Of a DNA stretch of 64,000 nt, positions 36,213 to 50,550 are shown piece by piece. Source of the DNA: Setoptus koraiensis (lineage: Eukaryota; Animalia; Arthropoda); contig CM106586.1 in the NCBI GenBank assembly GCA_048013815.1, positions 10,292,001 through 10,356,000 on the forward strand. Reading direction: 5' to 3'. The notes beneath the pieces were generated by a model. That model was not told where the DNA came from. It worked only from the letters and a program-made list of their open reading frames with translations, and ran no database searches. Both the position numbers and the translations under genes were made by a program. How positions within the stretch are numbered: position 1 is the stretch's first letter; each line of letters begins with the position of its first letter.

Positions 36213-37852
36213 GGTGATTCTTTGTGATTCCTCTCGAAAGTTGTGAATTTAAATGTATTTGAGGTCATTAAGACGGTCCGAGCTCTCTGATCCTATACGG
36301 TGGATGCACGTAAAATAAGTGCCCTGAGATAATTGTAATATGATGTTTTTGTTCCCTGACAGGGTTGTGCTCAATGGTGATGTGTATTGTCTTGTGGCTC
36401 AGTTAGTTCACTAGCTCTTGCTCGTTACTTTTAATTTATTATTGAAAGGAAGTTTGGTTGTCTAATTGGCGTATGATTGGGGCATTGATGCAGCAATCGA
36501 TTAATAGTGGCTACACTTTGGATATGGTTGGCGATAACAACCACATTGCCCGTTTGTGATGATCGCAGCAAAACCAGCAAGTTATCCTTCGAGCTTTTAT
36601 CTTCCAATGTGAATATTTCTGTAGATCATCGAATTTGATCTAAAATGAATACAATATTAAAAACTTTAGATCCTATCTAGTGTGTATACAAATAGTTGTT
36701 GCCAGATCCAAATAACAGCGATTGAACTCTGCGTATGTAAATCCGATAAGCAGGAATAGCGATAATTTTGCCTGACTATTCAACACGCACAAAACATAAA
36801 CAATAGTCAGTTGGGCACTATTCCACGCATTTCTTGTCTAATGGAATTCTATCACCAAAAGATTTTACGGGGAGTTGAAAATTTTATTGAAATAGTTTGT
36901 TAGATATTCAATTTGGAATACAATATTCGACTTCACAATAGTATCTTGAATGTGGTAGAGTTTAGATTATCATAGTGGTATCAAAGTTGAGCATATCTCG
37001 GTAGTGTGATATTCGTTTGTAACGCTATTGATGTTGATATTGTTGTTGTTTTTGTTGTTGTTATGCTGTTGGTATTGCAAATACACTCTCTGTTGTGACG
37101 ATGTGTTGATGCAGCTGTAATCCACTGTGTCCTTTAAATTGTTAACTTTATCAGTGGTGTACGACTGCGGAAAAACGAAGATAAGTTTTGTTACGCTCTG
37201 TACCAAAATAGTGTTGATTGATAACAGACGAATTTAGTACAAAACACAGTCGTGAAGGGGCGCTCGCAATAGTTTAGAAATGCACAGTCAGGCCCGAAAT
37301 GTACCTTTTTGTTTCGAGACATTCAACAGAGCACAAGAAACAACTTTTCTGAACCCTGAGTGACCATTGATTCATACAATATTCTGTAGATCGACTACTA
37401 ACGAAGCTAACTGATCTACTAAGGCTGTATAAAACAAAGCAATGAAGCGCCGCCCTTGCGGACATTTTGCGCACTGTTGGCGTGTGCAATGGAAAAAAGG
37501 CGTACAGAGTAAACAGTGCTTTGGCTAGCTCACTAGCTCTTGATAATACTATTGGGAGTTTTTTTTACATCATGCATCGCGTCATAAGCCCACGTCTTAT
37601 CAAGGATTGAGACGTTCATATTAAACAGCAAATCGAATACACGTTCTTCCTCTTGCTTGCTACAGCAAAAAGTGTAAATTGCATTCAAAATATTACGTAT
37701 CATTCTTTAGAATGGCTGATTGCGTTTTATTGGTAGACGTACGAGGGCGCGCATGACGCTTTAAGTTACAGTCTACAACGTAGTGCACCTCGATAAATAA
37801 ATTTTAGTTTTCTTTATCGCCTTTGAGGCTACTGTTTTTCAAATTTCCATCG

Positions 37853-38738
37853 TTAGTCAGCGTGTGAGTCCTCTAAACGCCTGCCTCGACCCCAATTGTG
37901 ACCACTGCTTGATGTGGGGGTCCTGTTTGCACCAGGTGCGGTGAATGGTGTTGTTCTTGGTGGCTGAGGTGCCCCAGCTGTTGCGTTATTATTATTACTG
38001 GATGGAAAGTATGAGTGCAATATTTGTGGAGTTTCTACTAAAGTAATTCCTTGGTCCTGAGGATATCTGATCGTTACAAAGTAATACAGGTGGCCAACTA
38101 TAATACCTAACAGTTCTGTATGTCCACCTCCACCCAAGACAAAATTCATTCCAAATAATACCCACGGCAGATATCTGGCCTTGAATTGAGTTCCAAACCA
38201 GAATTGGACGATCTGGTCTTGATTCAATATGCAGTACACGTAAATAACACTTAGTACCATTGGATCCATCAGTAGGTGAATGTTTGCATTGAAGAGAAAG
38301 CTGAGCATCTGACATAAAAACTATAGATAAGTTTCAAAAAAGGGATTAAGGTTACTATATGTATGCTGTATATTATATATTAATATGTCAGGATTGTATT
38401 TTACTACTTACGTTCAGTGAAAACCAATTGAACAGTAGCATAAACAAATAGTCGGCTGGTCTACTATAAAAATGACCATTCTCTAGTCGCTTTGAATAAT
38501 TATAAATAAAGTATAAGTTCATGAGATAGTGGAAACCTTTATTGCCGGTAAGGGGATAATAAAGCAATGCAGTGACAGGTCTCCATAATTGCATTTTGGT
38601 TAAGAAATCATTTGTCAATATCATGTAAAAGGGATTTAGTAGACCAAATCTACTTAATAAAGGTACAGCCAACGATGCCCCGAACCAGTACCGAGTGAAA
38701 AGGGGCATGTTGTTGAAAAATTCGCTGACTTCTGCCAT
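37853..38738 (-). CDS. DERL1: Derlin-1 (ERAD rhomboid pseudoprotease), ~264 aa
   Basis: Exons 38738..38412 and 38320..37853, 91-nt intron. MPLFTRYWF, QLWRPVTA, YNYSKRLE...RPADYLFML, FWFGTQFKARYLPWV, GIIVGHLYYF, C-terminal SHP-like HNWGRGRRL. Confidence 0.94.
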
Positions 38739-40907
38739 CTTGGTGTCATCTGGGTTGTTTCGTTTCAATAATTAATAATATATTATTCTGATGGAGTTCA
38801 TAAAGTAGAGTAGAGAATTTTACAATTGTTAGTAGAAATAAGTCATGGCTATAATGACGTGCCGTAGAGACAGCTGTAATGCGAAAGTAGCTTAAATTCG
38901 AATTATTTTCTCTGCGCGTGCGTACTAATAAATGATGACTTTTTGAATTCTCATGAAGTCAAACTTTAAAACTTTTCAATTAAAAGTCTAGCTTTAAATA
39001 AAAGTTACCTCATTGCAATGAAAGTTGTATTTTTGTTGGCTACAGTGAAATATTCATTCTCTCATAATATGATTACAAGATATTAATGACTAGTTTGTTA
39101 ACAACGTGTATGTTTTTCAACAAGGCGGCCAAATGATAGATTGACAATTGTGAGTCAATGATGAGAGCCTTCATACTTTGTTGGGTACCTCCGTCGATCA
39201 GATCTTATTATTGAATAAATGTCACGATACTGGTCAAACTTTTCTCGTCGGCTGAGATTTTTCTTTCTCTTTGGTTTTCTGGACATTTGTGACTGTGGGC
39301 GAGGAAGTACTGGGGAGTATCAAATCAATAGCACACTCTCGAACTTCGATCTCCTCGCCCCGGTCCACTGACTGAAAGGGGGAGATGGTAGGAATTTGTT
39401 CATGCTGGAGCCTTGTTTAGCATTAGGCATGCGTCCGTTTTTTTGCAAAATTTCGCAACAATTGCCAATGGCCAATTTCCTATTTCCTGCGCTTGCCCAG
39501 CCTCATGAATACATGAGAGAACGCGCGTAATAATTTGCTTTAAGGCTAGATATCTCAAAAATAGAGGATTTTCCGGCATAACGTACCTACGGTATACTGT
39601 TTTCTTGCTACTCAGATACAGGAGAATTTGACAAGACCTGATCAATACCGGTTACACGCTCGGGGCTTTCCCTTGTCAGCACGCATTCTAACAGGTGAAC
39701 GTACGTGTTTCTTGTTTGACAAGTGGTAATGCACAGCCTGTTCATATTGTCGTACGCGATCCCGTAGATAAGCACTCCGCAAGATCGCTCGTTCACACTG
39801 CATAAGATGAATCAGGTGCGCCGCCCCCGCGGATTTGAAAAAAAGGCGGCCGGAAAGCCATTGGAAAAAACGCTCACAATACAGTATTATCACTCATTAC
39901 GTTTAAGTATTTATTGTGAAGCTCATTGGAATAATAAATGAGTCGATGCCCAACTCTTGAATAAACCACACGCTCTACACATGTATCATTTATGTTTATA
40001 AGACTTGCACTGTGCAATATCTACATCGACTGACTTTACTGTAATCATTGCAGTGTAATGTACGCGTCATATGGCAAGACAAGATACACTTTCAACTCAC
40101 TCTCGTAATCATAAAGACATAGAATGACATTATATAACGATCCTCTCAAGATGGCGCTGACGACTTTATGTTGCTGGTTAAAGGTTATGCGAACACGTTA
40201 AAGGTGATGAACCATCATCAATTACTGTGTGTGTCTATTTCAATGGCTTTCCGGTCTCTTCTTTTACTCCGCCAGAGGCGCAGCGGGCTCGCAAGAACGC
40301 ACAGCCAAAGGGACGGTGTCTGGGTAAATGTTTTGACTGATGGACGCAGGCCGGCTAAGGGCAGTTCAGCATCGGCAGTTTACATTCATCTAAACTTACG
40401 CTGCAACTCACGCTCATCATGAGCGATGAGCGGCTCATCGCATTGACACATTGAAATCTTAGTGCGCCGCCCTGACGGCCCAAGCAGCAGACCGGAAAAG
40501 CGTATACGAAGCACACACAAAGCGGAGATGTGTTGATGTGCGATAGTAGACAAGTAGTATTTTTTTTTATTTGTACTTTGCGTTACATTGAGTATAAAAC
40601 TTTAGTGTAAATCAATACACAGATAGGAAAAAATCTTACACAGGTAGTGCAAGTCAAATGTATATAGATTTGTCCATTGCTGACAGAGGCAGAGAGCCAG
40701 ACGAAGCTAGCCAGAGAGTCTAGTTGGTGTGTGCCATCGCTGCAAGCGCAAGCCGTATCGCTGTTGGTGTGTGAGACAGGCAAGCAGCCAGAAGGTATAT
40801 TTCCTTCAAGGAAAATGAGATCTTGCTAGCGAGATCTCGGTTGCTGGCGCACACGAATAGGCAGGCAGACGGACGGACACACACACTGTGAGTGTGTGTT
40901 AATCGAT

Positions 40908-40908
<1 letters not shown>

Positions 40909-40940
<32 letters not shown>
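40909..40940. repeat. (GT)16 microsatellite
   Basis: Read directly. Confidence 0.9.
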
Positions 40941-40942
<2 letters not shown>

Positions 40943-41768
40943 CAAGCCGACCAACGAGATACAGTCGGCGAGTATGAGGAACATCAACGGCTGTGGTGCA
41001 AGTACTGCAAGTATACATAAGTAAAATTATCATTATTTACTTGTTGGCTAGCTTACATTTGTTAGGTGGTGCGAGCGTCATGTTTGCATCTTGGCTCACG
41101 GCCGGGAACACCGGGGGCACAGCGCACAGAAGTGGTTTGGAATTGAATGTTTTTCCCGACTATCATGGTTTGACGATGGCGATGGCATGATGGTGTGCAT
41201 GCGCATGTGCTGTCACGCTGGATAACATCACAATGCAAATTATCACTGCACTGCACTGCGGTGATATGGCTAACAAGAGGGCTGTATAAGATGCGTTGCG
41301 TAACACTCACGGGCGAGCAAGATTAGCTACGCACAAAGGTCGCACAGAGGACAAGATACAGTGAGCCGAGTAAGCACACGGTGAGCAGCGCTGCGAGTGT
41401 GTGTTTTTTCGGCCAAGGAGCGTGTAAGAAGCGCAAGATTAAATCAAGTACTGCTATATATAGCATAGTATATGAATGAACCAGCAGGACAAATTTCTTT
41501 TTTTCACACAAGCGTCTAATCTAATAGACTGCACTACTGTTGTGAACACATCACCCTAAACATCGTTACTACCGCTACTTAACGCCACCATTATTATTAT
41601 TATTGCTATTATTACTATTATTACTATTACCACTATCACTATTACTGTAAACACACACCATTATTATTAATACTATTAATATTATTACCACTATTACTAT
41701 TATCACTATTACACAGTTAGCATTGATACAATAGATACATTTCAGTTGGCCGCAACATCCAAGGTGTC

Positions 41769-44700
41769 ATGTCATCAAAAGCCATATATGAAGCAACGGG
41801 CAAGCGAATATTAAATTTGAAGCCCATTGCCGTGCCATGCAAATTTGTTAGCGTCAACGAGCAAACAAATTTCCAATTGTTAGAACAACAAAATCCCTGG
41901 CTTACCCAATCTAAACTGGTTGTGAAACCCGATCAATTGATCAAACGAAGAGGAAAATTAGGTTTAATCAAGGTCAATGCCGATTATAATGATTGTAAAA
42001 AATGGATTCTGGAACGTATGGGTAAAGAGACCAAAGTTGGTCAGGCCATAGGAAAATTGAAAACGTTTATTATTGAACCATTTATACCTCATCAACCAAA
42101 CGATGAGAGTTATGTTTGTATACATTCCCATCGTAATGCGGACACTATTATGTTCTATCATGAGGGGGGCGTCGATGTTGGCGATGTCGACGCAAAGGCC
42201 TCATCCATGGACGTTGCCGTTGATGAACAATTAAACAATGATAGTTTATTGGAAAAAGTTAAAAAACAATTATTACAAAAATTGGATCCAAGCAAAATAC
42301 AAGTTGTTGCTAAATTTATAGTAGACCTATATAATTTATATGTAGAGTTATATTTCACTTATTTAGAAATTAATCCATTGGTTGTGACACAAGATTCAAA
42401 AATATTTGTCTTAGATTTAGCTGCCAAGATTGATTCTACAGCGGAATTTTTATGCAAACAAAAATGGGGCGAATTTACATTCCCGCCACCGTTTGGTAGG
42501 GACGCCTATCCAGAGGAGGCATACATTGCAGATTTGGACACAAAAAGTGGCGCTAGTCTTAAACTAACAATACTTAATAGAAATGGACGCATTTGGACTA
42601 TGGTCGCTGGTGGCGGTGCTTCGGTTATATATGCTGACACTATTTGCGAATTAGGTGGCGCCTCACAATTGGCCAATTATGGCGAATATTCTGGTGCACC
42701 TAGCGAACAACAAACCTACGAGTATGCCAAAACCATATTGGGTTTAATGGTTTCAAATGAGAAGCATCCCGAGGGTAAAATACTATTAATAGGAGGTGGT
42801 ATTGCCAATTTTACCAACGTTGCAGCCACTTTCAAGGGTATCATTAAGGCATTACGCGAATATCAAGCTCAATTGAAGGATCACAATGTTTCAATTTATG
42901 TTAGAAGGGCTGGACCCAACTATCAAGAGGGCTTACGCTTAATGAGAGAGGTTGGCTCCACATTGGAGGTGCCCGTACATGTATTTGGACCTGAAACGCA
43001 CATGACAAGCATAGTGGCAATGGCTCTAGGTAAAAGATCTATACCTGAACTACCTGTGCAATCTGCAACAACTGCCAACTTTTTGTTGCCCCTCAGTCTA
43101 GATAGTGGAAATTTTACGCAATCTGACGTAAGTGCTAAATCGAAATTGTTGAATAGTATCGGATCGGTGTCGGGCGGTGGAAGTCAAGCATCGACACCTA
43201 CTACAGAACAGTCGCCATCAATCTGTAGTCGATCACCGGGAACAAAGGGTGATCAATTCAGGCCATTATTTGGCCTTGAAACAAAAGCAATAGTCTGGGG
43301 TATGCAACAAAGAGCTGTCCAAAGCATGTTGGACTTCGATTTTGTTTGCTCCAGAAAGGAACCATCGGTTGTGGCATTAGTCTATCCATTCTCAGGTGAC
43401 CATAAGATTAAATTCTATTGGGGTCACAAAGAGATATTTTTAAATGCATATAAACATATGAAAGATGCTATGCGCAAGCATCCTGATGCAGATGTTATGA
43501 TAAATTTTGCTTCGTTGCGCTCAGCCTACGAATCTACGTTAGAAACACTAGAGGAACATCGACAAATTCGTACAATAGCCATCATCGCTGAAGGTATACC
43601 AGAAAACATGACCCGTAAAATGATCAAGAGAGCTCGTAATAAAGGAGTTACCGTTATCGGACCTGCTACAGTTGGCGGTATAAAACCTGGCTGTTTCAAG
43701 ATTGGTAACACCGGCGGTATGACCGACAATATATTGGCGTCGCGTTTATACAGACCTGGTAATGTTGCTTACGTAAGCCGAAGTGGAGGTATGTCGAACG
43801 AGCTTAACAATATCATTTCCAGATCAACTAACGGTGTCTACGAAGGTGTTGCTATCGGTGGTGACCGTTATCCAGGAACAACATTCTTAGATCATTTACT
43901 TCGTTATGAGCGAGATCCAGAGATCAAGATGATTGTCCTGTTAGGAGAAGTTGGAGGTGTTGAAGAATATGAGGTTGTGAAAGCTATTGAAGAGAAGCGT
44001 TTAACCAAACCATTGGTGGCTTGGTGTATCGGAACATGCTCGAACATGTTTTCGTCTGAAGTGCAATTTGGTCATGCTGGAGCATGTGCCAACAGTGACA
44101 AAGAAAGGGCCTCAACTAAAAACGCCGCTCTCAAAGCGGCTGGCGCTCACGTTCCAAACACTTTTGATGATCTTGGTCAGGTCATCATGAGCGTTTATGA
44201 AAATTTGGTAGATACCGGTATTATTGTGCCAAGAGAAGAAGTTCCACCGCCGACAGTACCCATGGACTACAGCTGGGCAAGAGAATTAGGATTAATTCGA
44301 AAACCTGCCTCATTCATGTCATCCATTTGTGATGAAAGAGGTCAAGAATTGATGTATGCAGGTATACCAATTACGCAAGTAATTCAAGAAAACTTGGGTA
44401 TTGGTGGTACACTCAGTTTATTATGGTTCCAGCGTAGGCTACCTGAATACGCTAATAAATTCTTGGAAATGACACTTATGATTACTGCTGACCATGGACC
44501 CGCTGTTAGCGGTGCCCACAACACAATAGTGTGTGCTCGTGCTGGAAAGGATTTGGTCTCGTCATTAGTATCTGGTTTGTTAACAATCGGTGAAAGATTT
44601 GGAGGCGCTTTGGATGGTGCTGCAAGACAATTCACCGAAGCCTATGATTCGGGTATGCATCCTCACGAGTTTGTCAACAAGATGAGACAAGAAGGGAAAT

Positions 44701-45104
44701 TAATTATGGGTATAGGTCATCGAGTAAAAAGCGTAAACAATCCAGATATGCGTGTAAAACTAATGAAAGATTACATTAGGCAGTCATTCCCACAGACACC
44801 GATATTCAACTATGCTCTCGAAGTTGAGAAAATAACCACATCAAAGAAACCAAACCTGATCCTCAATGTCGATGGTATCGTGGCTGTAGCTATCGTTGAC
44901 CTACTACGAAACTCTGGTTGTTTTACTCGAGAAGAGGCTCAAGAATACGTGGACATAGGCATATTGAACGGTTTGTTTGTACTTGGACGAACAATTGGTT
45001 TCATTGGGCATTATTTAGACCAAAAGAGATTGAAGCAGGGTCTCTACAGACATCCATGGGACGACATATCATATGTATTACCAGAAACTCAAGGACCTCA
45101 ATAA
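41769..45104 (+). CDS. ACLY: ATP-citrate lyase, 1111 aa, intronless
   Basis: [60 protein letters not shown] (phospho-His), [29 protein letters not shown]. Confidence 0.98.
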   Translation: MSSKAIYEATGKRILNLKPIAVPCKFVSVNEQTNFQLLEQQNPWLTQSKLVVKPDQLIKRRGKLGLIKVNADYNDCKKWILERMGKETKVGQAIGKLKTFIIEPFIPHQPNDESYVCIHSHRNADTIMFYHEGGVDVGDVDAKASSMDVAVDEQLNNDSLLEKVKKQLLQKLDPSKIQVVAKFIVDLYNLYVELYFTYLEINPLVVTQDSKIFVLDLAAKIDSTAEFLCKQKWGEFTFPPPFGRDAYPEEAYIADLDTKSGASLKLTILNRNGRIWTMVAGGGASVIYADTICELGGASQLANYGEYSGAPSEQQTYEYAKTILGLMVSNEKHPEGKILLIGGGIANFTNVAATFKGIIKALREYQAQLKDHNVSIYVRRAGPNYQEGLRLMREVGSTLEVPVHVFGPETHMTSIVAMALGKRSIPELPVQSATTANFLLPLSLDSGNFTQSDVSAKSKLLNSIGSVSGGGSQASTPTTEQSPSICSRSPGTKGDQFRPLFGLETKAIVWGMQQRAVQSMLDFDFVCSRKEPSVVALVYPFSGDHKIKFYWGHKEIFLNAYKHMKDAMRKHPDADVMINFASLRSAYESTLETLEEHRQIRTIAIIAEGIPENMTRKMIKRARNKGVTVIGPATVGGIKPGCFKIGNTGGMTDNILASRLYRPGNVAYVSRSGGMSNELNNIISRSTNGVYEGVAIGGDRYPGTTFLDHLLRYERDPEIKMIVLLGEVGGVEEYEVVKAIEEKRLTKPLVAWCIGTCSNMFSSEVQFGHAGACANSDKERASTKNAALKAAGAHVPNTFDDLGQVIMSVYENLVDTGIIVPREEVPPPTVPMDYSWARELGLIRKPASFMSSICDERGQELMYAGIPITQVIQENLGIGGTLSLLWFQRRLPEYANKFLEMTLMITADHGPAVSGAHNTIVCARAGKDLVSSLVSGLLTIGERFGGALDGAARQFTEAYDSGMHPHEFVNKMRQEGKLIMGIGHRVKSVNNPDMRVKLMKDYIRQSFPQTPIFNYALEVEKITTSKKPNLILNVDGIVAVAIVDLLRNSGCFTREEAQEYVDIGILNGLFVLGRTIGFIGHYLDQKRLKQGLYRHPWDDISYVLPETQGPQ

Positions 45105-46370
45105 TTCTTTTCTTCTGAAATATAATATAAGACCAACACAAAAACGTAAAAATAAATTGGGAAAACTGGCACATTCTATCAACCCTTGTTTGAGGACCAT
45201 TAACGAAGACCTTCAGTGTAATGGTTATTATTATATATTAATAATTAGGCAAAAATATCTATCAGCATCTATGCTGCTAAGCGATGGAGTTTGTCTTTGG
45301 GTTTCTTTTTGTCCGGCATTTATTCGTGACGCCTTCGCTGTACAATGACTGCAAGCATACTTGCACCCAACAGCGTTGCACTTGCAGCTTCAAGTGTCAC
45401 ACTGTTTAATGTCATTCTCTCTAACAACTCTATTATGGAAGTCCATCTCTGGTCTGCTTTTCTCGATTTCCACAGTGTGGACTTAAAAAAAGAAAGTTGT
45501 AATTATCAGGGAATTATGCACGTCGTTGTTAGCGCTAAGTTAGCACCACTAACTGCACTTTCCAGAGGCATCCACCGAGGGATTATTGGTGGAGCGAATG
45601 TTTATTGCAAAGTGTGCATCATTCTTAGCCAAGATGGCAATAATGGAGGCTGAGAGAAGTGGAAAAATGATAGAGACGTATAAATAAAAAAAGCAATAAA
45701 AATCTTACCAGCACTTGAGTTGTGCGTTGGTTCGTGTTAGTAAACATATAGATGATAAAGTGGGCTTGCTTCATCCCATCCACCATATAGATGCATATAA
45801 GCTTATATGAATATATATATATATATATTGGTGTGTATAACGTTGTGGCAAAACTATGTCCACCTTTCTGCCATCGCAGTGCCATCTCGACTTGATCTTG
45901 TAGGCCCTGTAAACTCTGCGAAGCAAATTATAAAGATAAATTTTGTCTTGCGAGCGGCAATCATGGTCAACACATTACAGTTGAATCGCGTGTTGAACTT
46001 GAGACGCATGTTAGCCAATTAAACGGATGGAAGGAGAGCATGAGGCAACTAATCTAATCTTTTGTTTATAGAGGAAGGCCGGGTTTGTAGTCGCGCGCCC
46101 TCCCTCTAGATTAGCATGGACAGTTTAGAGTTTGAAGTTTAAAGTACACACACATTTACACACAGACACAGTAGGCATAGTAGATTATTTCTATAGAATA
46201 GAAGAAAAAGAAATAATTGACCAAAAACAAAACAAGTGCTTTAAATCGGGACGTCCAATCTAGTAATTGGACAGTGCAACAAGTCGCAAGTAAACCCAAG
46301 ATGGCGTTGAAATAAACAACCTGTCTACTGCCAATGAAAGATGAGCGTCACTTTGGTTGCACTGTAGTAT

Positions 46371-46404
<34 letters not shown>

Positions 46405-49053
46405 GGTGGTGGTGGTGGTGGTGGTGGTGGTTGTAGCGGCAGTGGTAGTAGTAGTAATACTGCATGTATATCATCATGCTCATGCTCATCCTCGAAACAC
46501 ATTGGGCGAGTGTGCAGGCCTAAAAGTTTGATACTTTCGGTTATTGAGGGTCTTCATTATTTAGCAATCAACGAGATGCGACCAACAAAGTATTGCCTGT
46601 GAAGGCAAGCACGCTTTTGTTGGCTCGCTCGAAGCCTATTCGCGGGCACCGCAACACTCGGATCACATTGGCACGGGACTGGCATAGGCATTAAACGAAA
46701 CGAAACTCTCGGCAGCATACGGCAGCATCACCGATGGCATCACCAGAAGCCGAATCAGGTTCATCATCTAAAACGATTGCTAAAAAAAGAACTGCGCTAA
46801 AAGAACGCTAACGAGCACTGGTAGTGGTAATGATGGAGATAGTCGTAAGTCCAGTAGACAACAGGGCCGTCAGACAAGAAGACTGGCAGTGTTTGTGCGT
46901 AGTGTTTGCCAGTGTGGCCAATAGTAATGGCAGTGATTAAGAATCGCTAATGTGCTGGTTACTCTCCATTACCACTGCTGCTTCATTTGGTTTCTCGGTT
47001 GGTCGCTCTTATATAAGAGCTTGTGAGCTCTGGCTGGAAATAAGCGCGCACTCGACTATGGCAAACTGGCTGGATTAATAGATAGCGGCCTAGGTTTCTG
47101 TTTGGCTGTTGTCTCACTCGGACACTGGTTAGCCGGTGCTGCGCTGTCTCCCTGTCCCTGTCCGTGGCTCTCTCTCTCTCTCTCTCTCGCTCGCTCTCGC
47201 TCTCTGTCTCAAATCAAATCAATTCAAAACAGACCAGACCAGATAACAACACATTACCTGTGACGTTGGACTTTTGTGCACAAAATAGCGCTTTTATCTG
47301 GGCCCGGACAGGTAAAATGGTAGTAATAGTGGTAATATTATAATCTAGCGAAGAAATAATAACAAGTGCATGTGTTATTGGCGTTGTACAGTACAGTGAA
47401 TCTATATATACCTTTGCACCTCCCCCACCGGCCGGCGCAAGCGTCCAACTGAACACTGTATTATACGCAGTCTGTATAGCGCAGTTGCTTGCGATTGCCC
47501 AGCAGCGAGTGGGTTTGCATCGGGCTTGGTCAAGCATGCACGAGTAAGAGGAGCAACAAGTGTTTGCGTTCGAACAGCACTCACACACAATCTATCTAGG
47601 CTTCGATTCGAATCACCATTTATATTGCAACTGTAGAAACCATTAGCTTGAATGATGACTTCCAGGCAGCAGCGCAACGCAACGCCACGGCAGCGAGCGC
47701 GGAGACACCAACCATGATTAAAAGAAACTATACACACAACAACGACAACAAGCGTCAACAAGAGACTCTGACAAAGAAATATTGACTGTACACTTTTTGG
47801 CACTTCATCTCGACTCTCTTTCTCTGCGTATATTTTTATACTTTCACGCAATTTGACGCCATTTGCGCCAAACCTAAACACACTGGTGCATGGTCAGTTT
47901 ATTTTCACTATTTTCGGTTGTTGTTTGGCGATGGTGGCCAATAATGAAGGCCGTACACACTTGTACTTGGTGTGTTAGAACAAATGGTGGGGCAAACAAA
48001 GCAACACACTGCAGAAGCAAAGAAGAGCGGACAACACTGCGAATAGTGTAATGACGGACGGCGAAGAGAAATGAAAAATGGCATTGCCATTCTAAGTGAA
48101 TCTAAGAGACTTGCATCACTTGCGAGCGGTCGGTTGGCGTTGCATCACAATGAACAACAACAAGCCCGACAATCAATGGCGTTTCTTGAATAGTCGCCAG
48201 TTAGTTAGTTAGTTAGTGTATGTTGTGCGTGTTGTCCAACATTAGCAACATGTGTCCGTGACCACCAATCGGGCACCACTCGCAAACACGTCGAGTCCCG
48301 GCGGCGCTCGATCGTCTGGCGCAATCGTGCGCACTATTGGCCATCGGTGCCCACTGGCCAGTTGTGAAATGGCCTGTCATTTCACAACACTCGCACCATG
48401 CCATGGGTTTGCTTGATGGACAGCGACACATTGTTGACACAGTTGCCGCTTTAATGAGTTTGTTTTGGGCCAATCATTATGAGTGTTGTGTTTATTTATC
48501 GTGCCGGTGGTTGGTGGTTGTTGCCGGTTGCCGGTTGCTGGTCGTTGGTGGTTGGTCGCTGGTTTGCACTTTGCACACACACCAAAGTAAACTCGTCCCC
48601 TGCGCACAATCGACAACTAAATTAAATCAAGTGCCTGCGAGAAAGTGACAACCGGCGCGGTTCGGCTCGACCGGATCCCACAACAGCCGGTGCGCACCAC
48701 TCGGCACAACAATAAATAAATAAATAAATTATCACCAGTGTGCACTGTTGGTGTTTGGTTAGTGGTTGCTTGGTGGTTGGCCGGCCGGTGGTTGTTGCAA
48801 GGTGCACACGCATATCACCTGTTTGTTGTTCAACTTGTTGTTCAGCTTGTTGTTAGTCGCACTCACAATTGTCCGGGCGCCGGCAAATTGCCGCTGCCGC
48901 ACCACGAGGCCGCACCACAAGGCCGCACCATAATATCTGACACTTGTGGGCCTTGCCAACGGCACCACGGCGAGCAACGCTGCACAGGGTGCCAACTTGG
49001 TTGCAGAGATTATCCTGGCGATATACGATGCCAGATTTGAGGCACCATCGGCG

Positions 49054-49150
49054 CGTATCATCGACACGCATCATCGATACGTATCACTGACGCGGATCAT
49101 CGACGCGCATCATCGACACGTACCATCGACACGTATCATCGATACGCATC
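49054..49150. repeat. Degenerate ~12-bp tandem repeat (CATCGACACGTA/GCAT-type)
   Basis: Read directly; about 7-8 imperfect units. Confidence 0.75.
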
Positions 49151-50362
49151 GGCGTGATACTGGCGATTCACGGGTCCATTTAATGATTGGTGCCACGATC
49201 GTTCGGTGCCGGGCCGTGTGAGGCGAGCGGCTGCGGTCACAGCACCAAGTGGGCAGTTCGAGCGAGGGCTTCGGCTCGTCGTCTGAACTGCGGACTCTGC
49301 CTCAGAGTCTCTGAGGGTGTATAGACAAATAAACAAACAAACAAAAAACATGACGCTATTGTTTGCTGCGGCAGACAATGTTATAACGTTGTGATGGTGC
49401 GAGAGGGAGGCCGGCTCACCTTTAGTCCGACGTTGGCTTCGAGTTGGCTCGCACACAGACGCAACACACACACACCGAGTTGGTTTATACAAAGGTCGAG
49501 AAGCCGCTGAGGAGCGACGAACCAGAGCCAAGGAGACGAGTTATCACCAGCGGCCAGTTCCAGCAACAATTGCACCGTGAGCAGCGCCAGCGACAACAGC
49601 AACAACAACATCAGCACCAGCGACAACAGCACCAGCAACAGCAGCAACAACAACAAAGACGACGACCATTTCCACAAAGAAGTAGGCGGAGACACTGCGA
49701 TGGTGCGCAGACAGCCAGAAAGAGAGAGACAGAGACAGAGGGAGAGAAAAGTCCCAGAGCGAGCCCCACAAAGCAAGTGGTCGCTCTGCATCTGGTGCGA
49801 ACCGGCGCAGTACGTGCAAACGTGCAAGGTGAGCGAGTTTGTGCACCAGAGAACGACGCCGATTCGGTGCGCGAGCAAGAGGAAGGAGCCAGCGAGGGGA
49901 GGAAGGTGCTGATTACAAGTTCGTGCGAACCCGGCAGCCTCAGTGTAATGCGGACTGTATCATTTGGGCTGTATTATCTGCACTGTGTAGCGTGCGGCAG
50001 TGCACTAAAACACGGTGCGCTTTTACGGTAGGCGTCTGCAGAGTGGCCGCTGCCGACCAGTCGCTAGTGACCAGTCGCTGGTCAGCAGTGGCCAGTGTCC
50101 AGTGGCCAGAGAAGGAGAGATTTCCCATAATCAACGACGTGCAACTAGGTGAGAGGCTCATTGTGAGCCGGCGGCCAGTTGCTGCGCGAGCTCACGGCTC
50201 ACGGTGCCAGCTCACAGCCCACAATGCGAGCTCAGGTAGCAGCCGAGCGTCTGGTGGCCGGTGCCAGCCTCAGGTGGTGCGCTGGCAGTTGTTGTGGGGG
50301 CATTCATCGGATTCTTTGTTTGCTTCTTGCGCGTTTTGTGTTGGCCATTCTTGAAATGCACA

Positions 50363-50452
50363 GCATACGACGAATACGACGCATACGACGAATACGACGA
50401 ATACTACGAATGCTGCGAATGCTGCGAATACTACGAATGCTGCGAATGCTGC
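50363..50452. repeat. 9-bp tandem repeat x10 (GAATACGAC grading to GAATGCTGC)
   Basis: Read directly. Confidence 0.9.
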
Positions 50453-50482
50453 CACCGCTGCACGCACCTAGCGCGTACACCA

Positions 50483-50550
50483 TTCGCCAGTGTGCACCGT
50501 TCGCCAGTGTGCACCGTTCGCCAGTGTGCACCGTTCGCCAGTGTGCACCG
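50483..50550. repeat. 17-bp tandem repeat x4 (TTCGCCAGTGTGCACCG)
   Basis: Read directly; no spacers. Confidence 0.92.

Noticed and set aside
36300-37250. Possible small spliced gene between ATG2 and Derlin-1
   Set aside because: Some acceptor-like sites and short open frames, but no consistent exon chain or known motif.
39642-39893. RMRADKGKPR motif resembling the HTH end of some transposases
   Set aside because: One short motif in an 83-aa ORF, with no DDE region or terminal repeats; not supportable without a database search.
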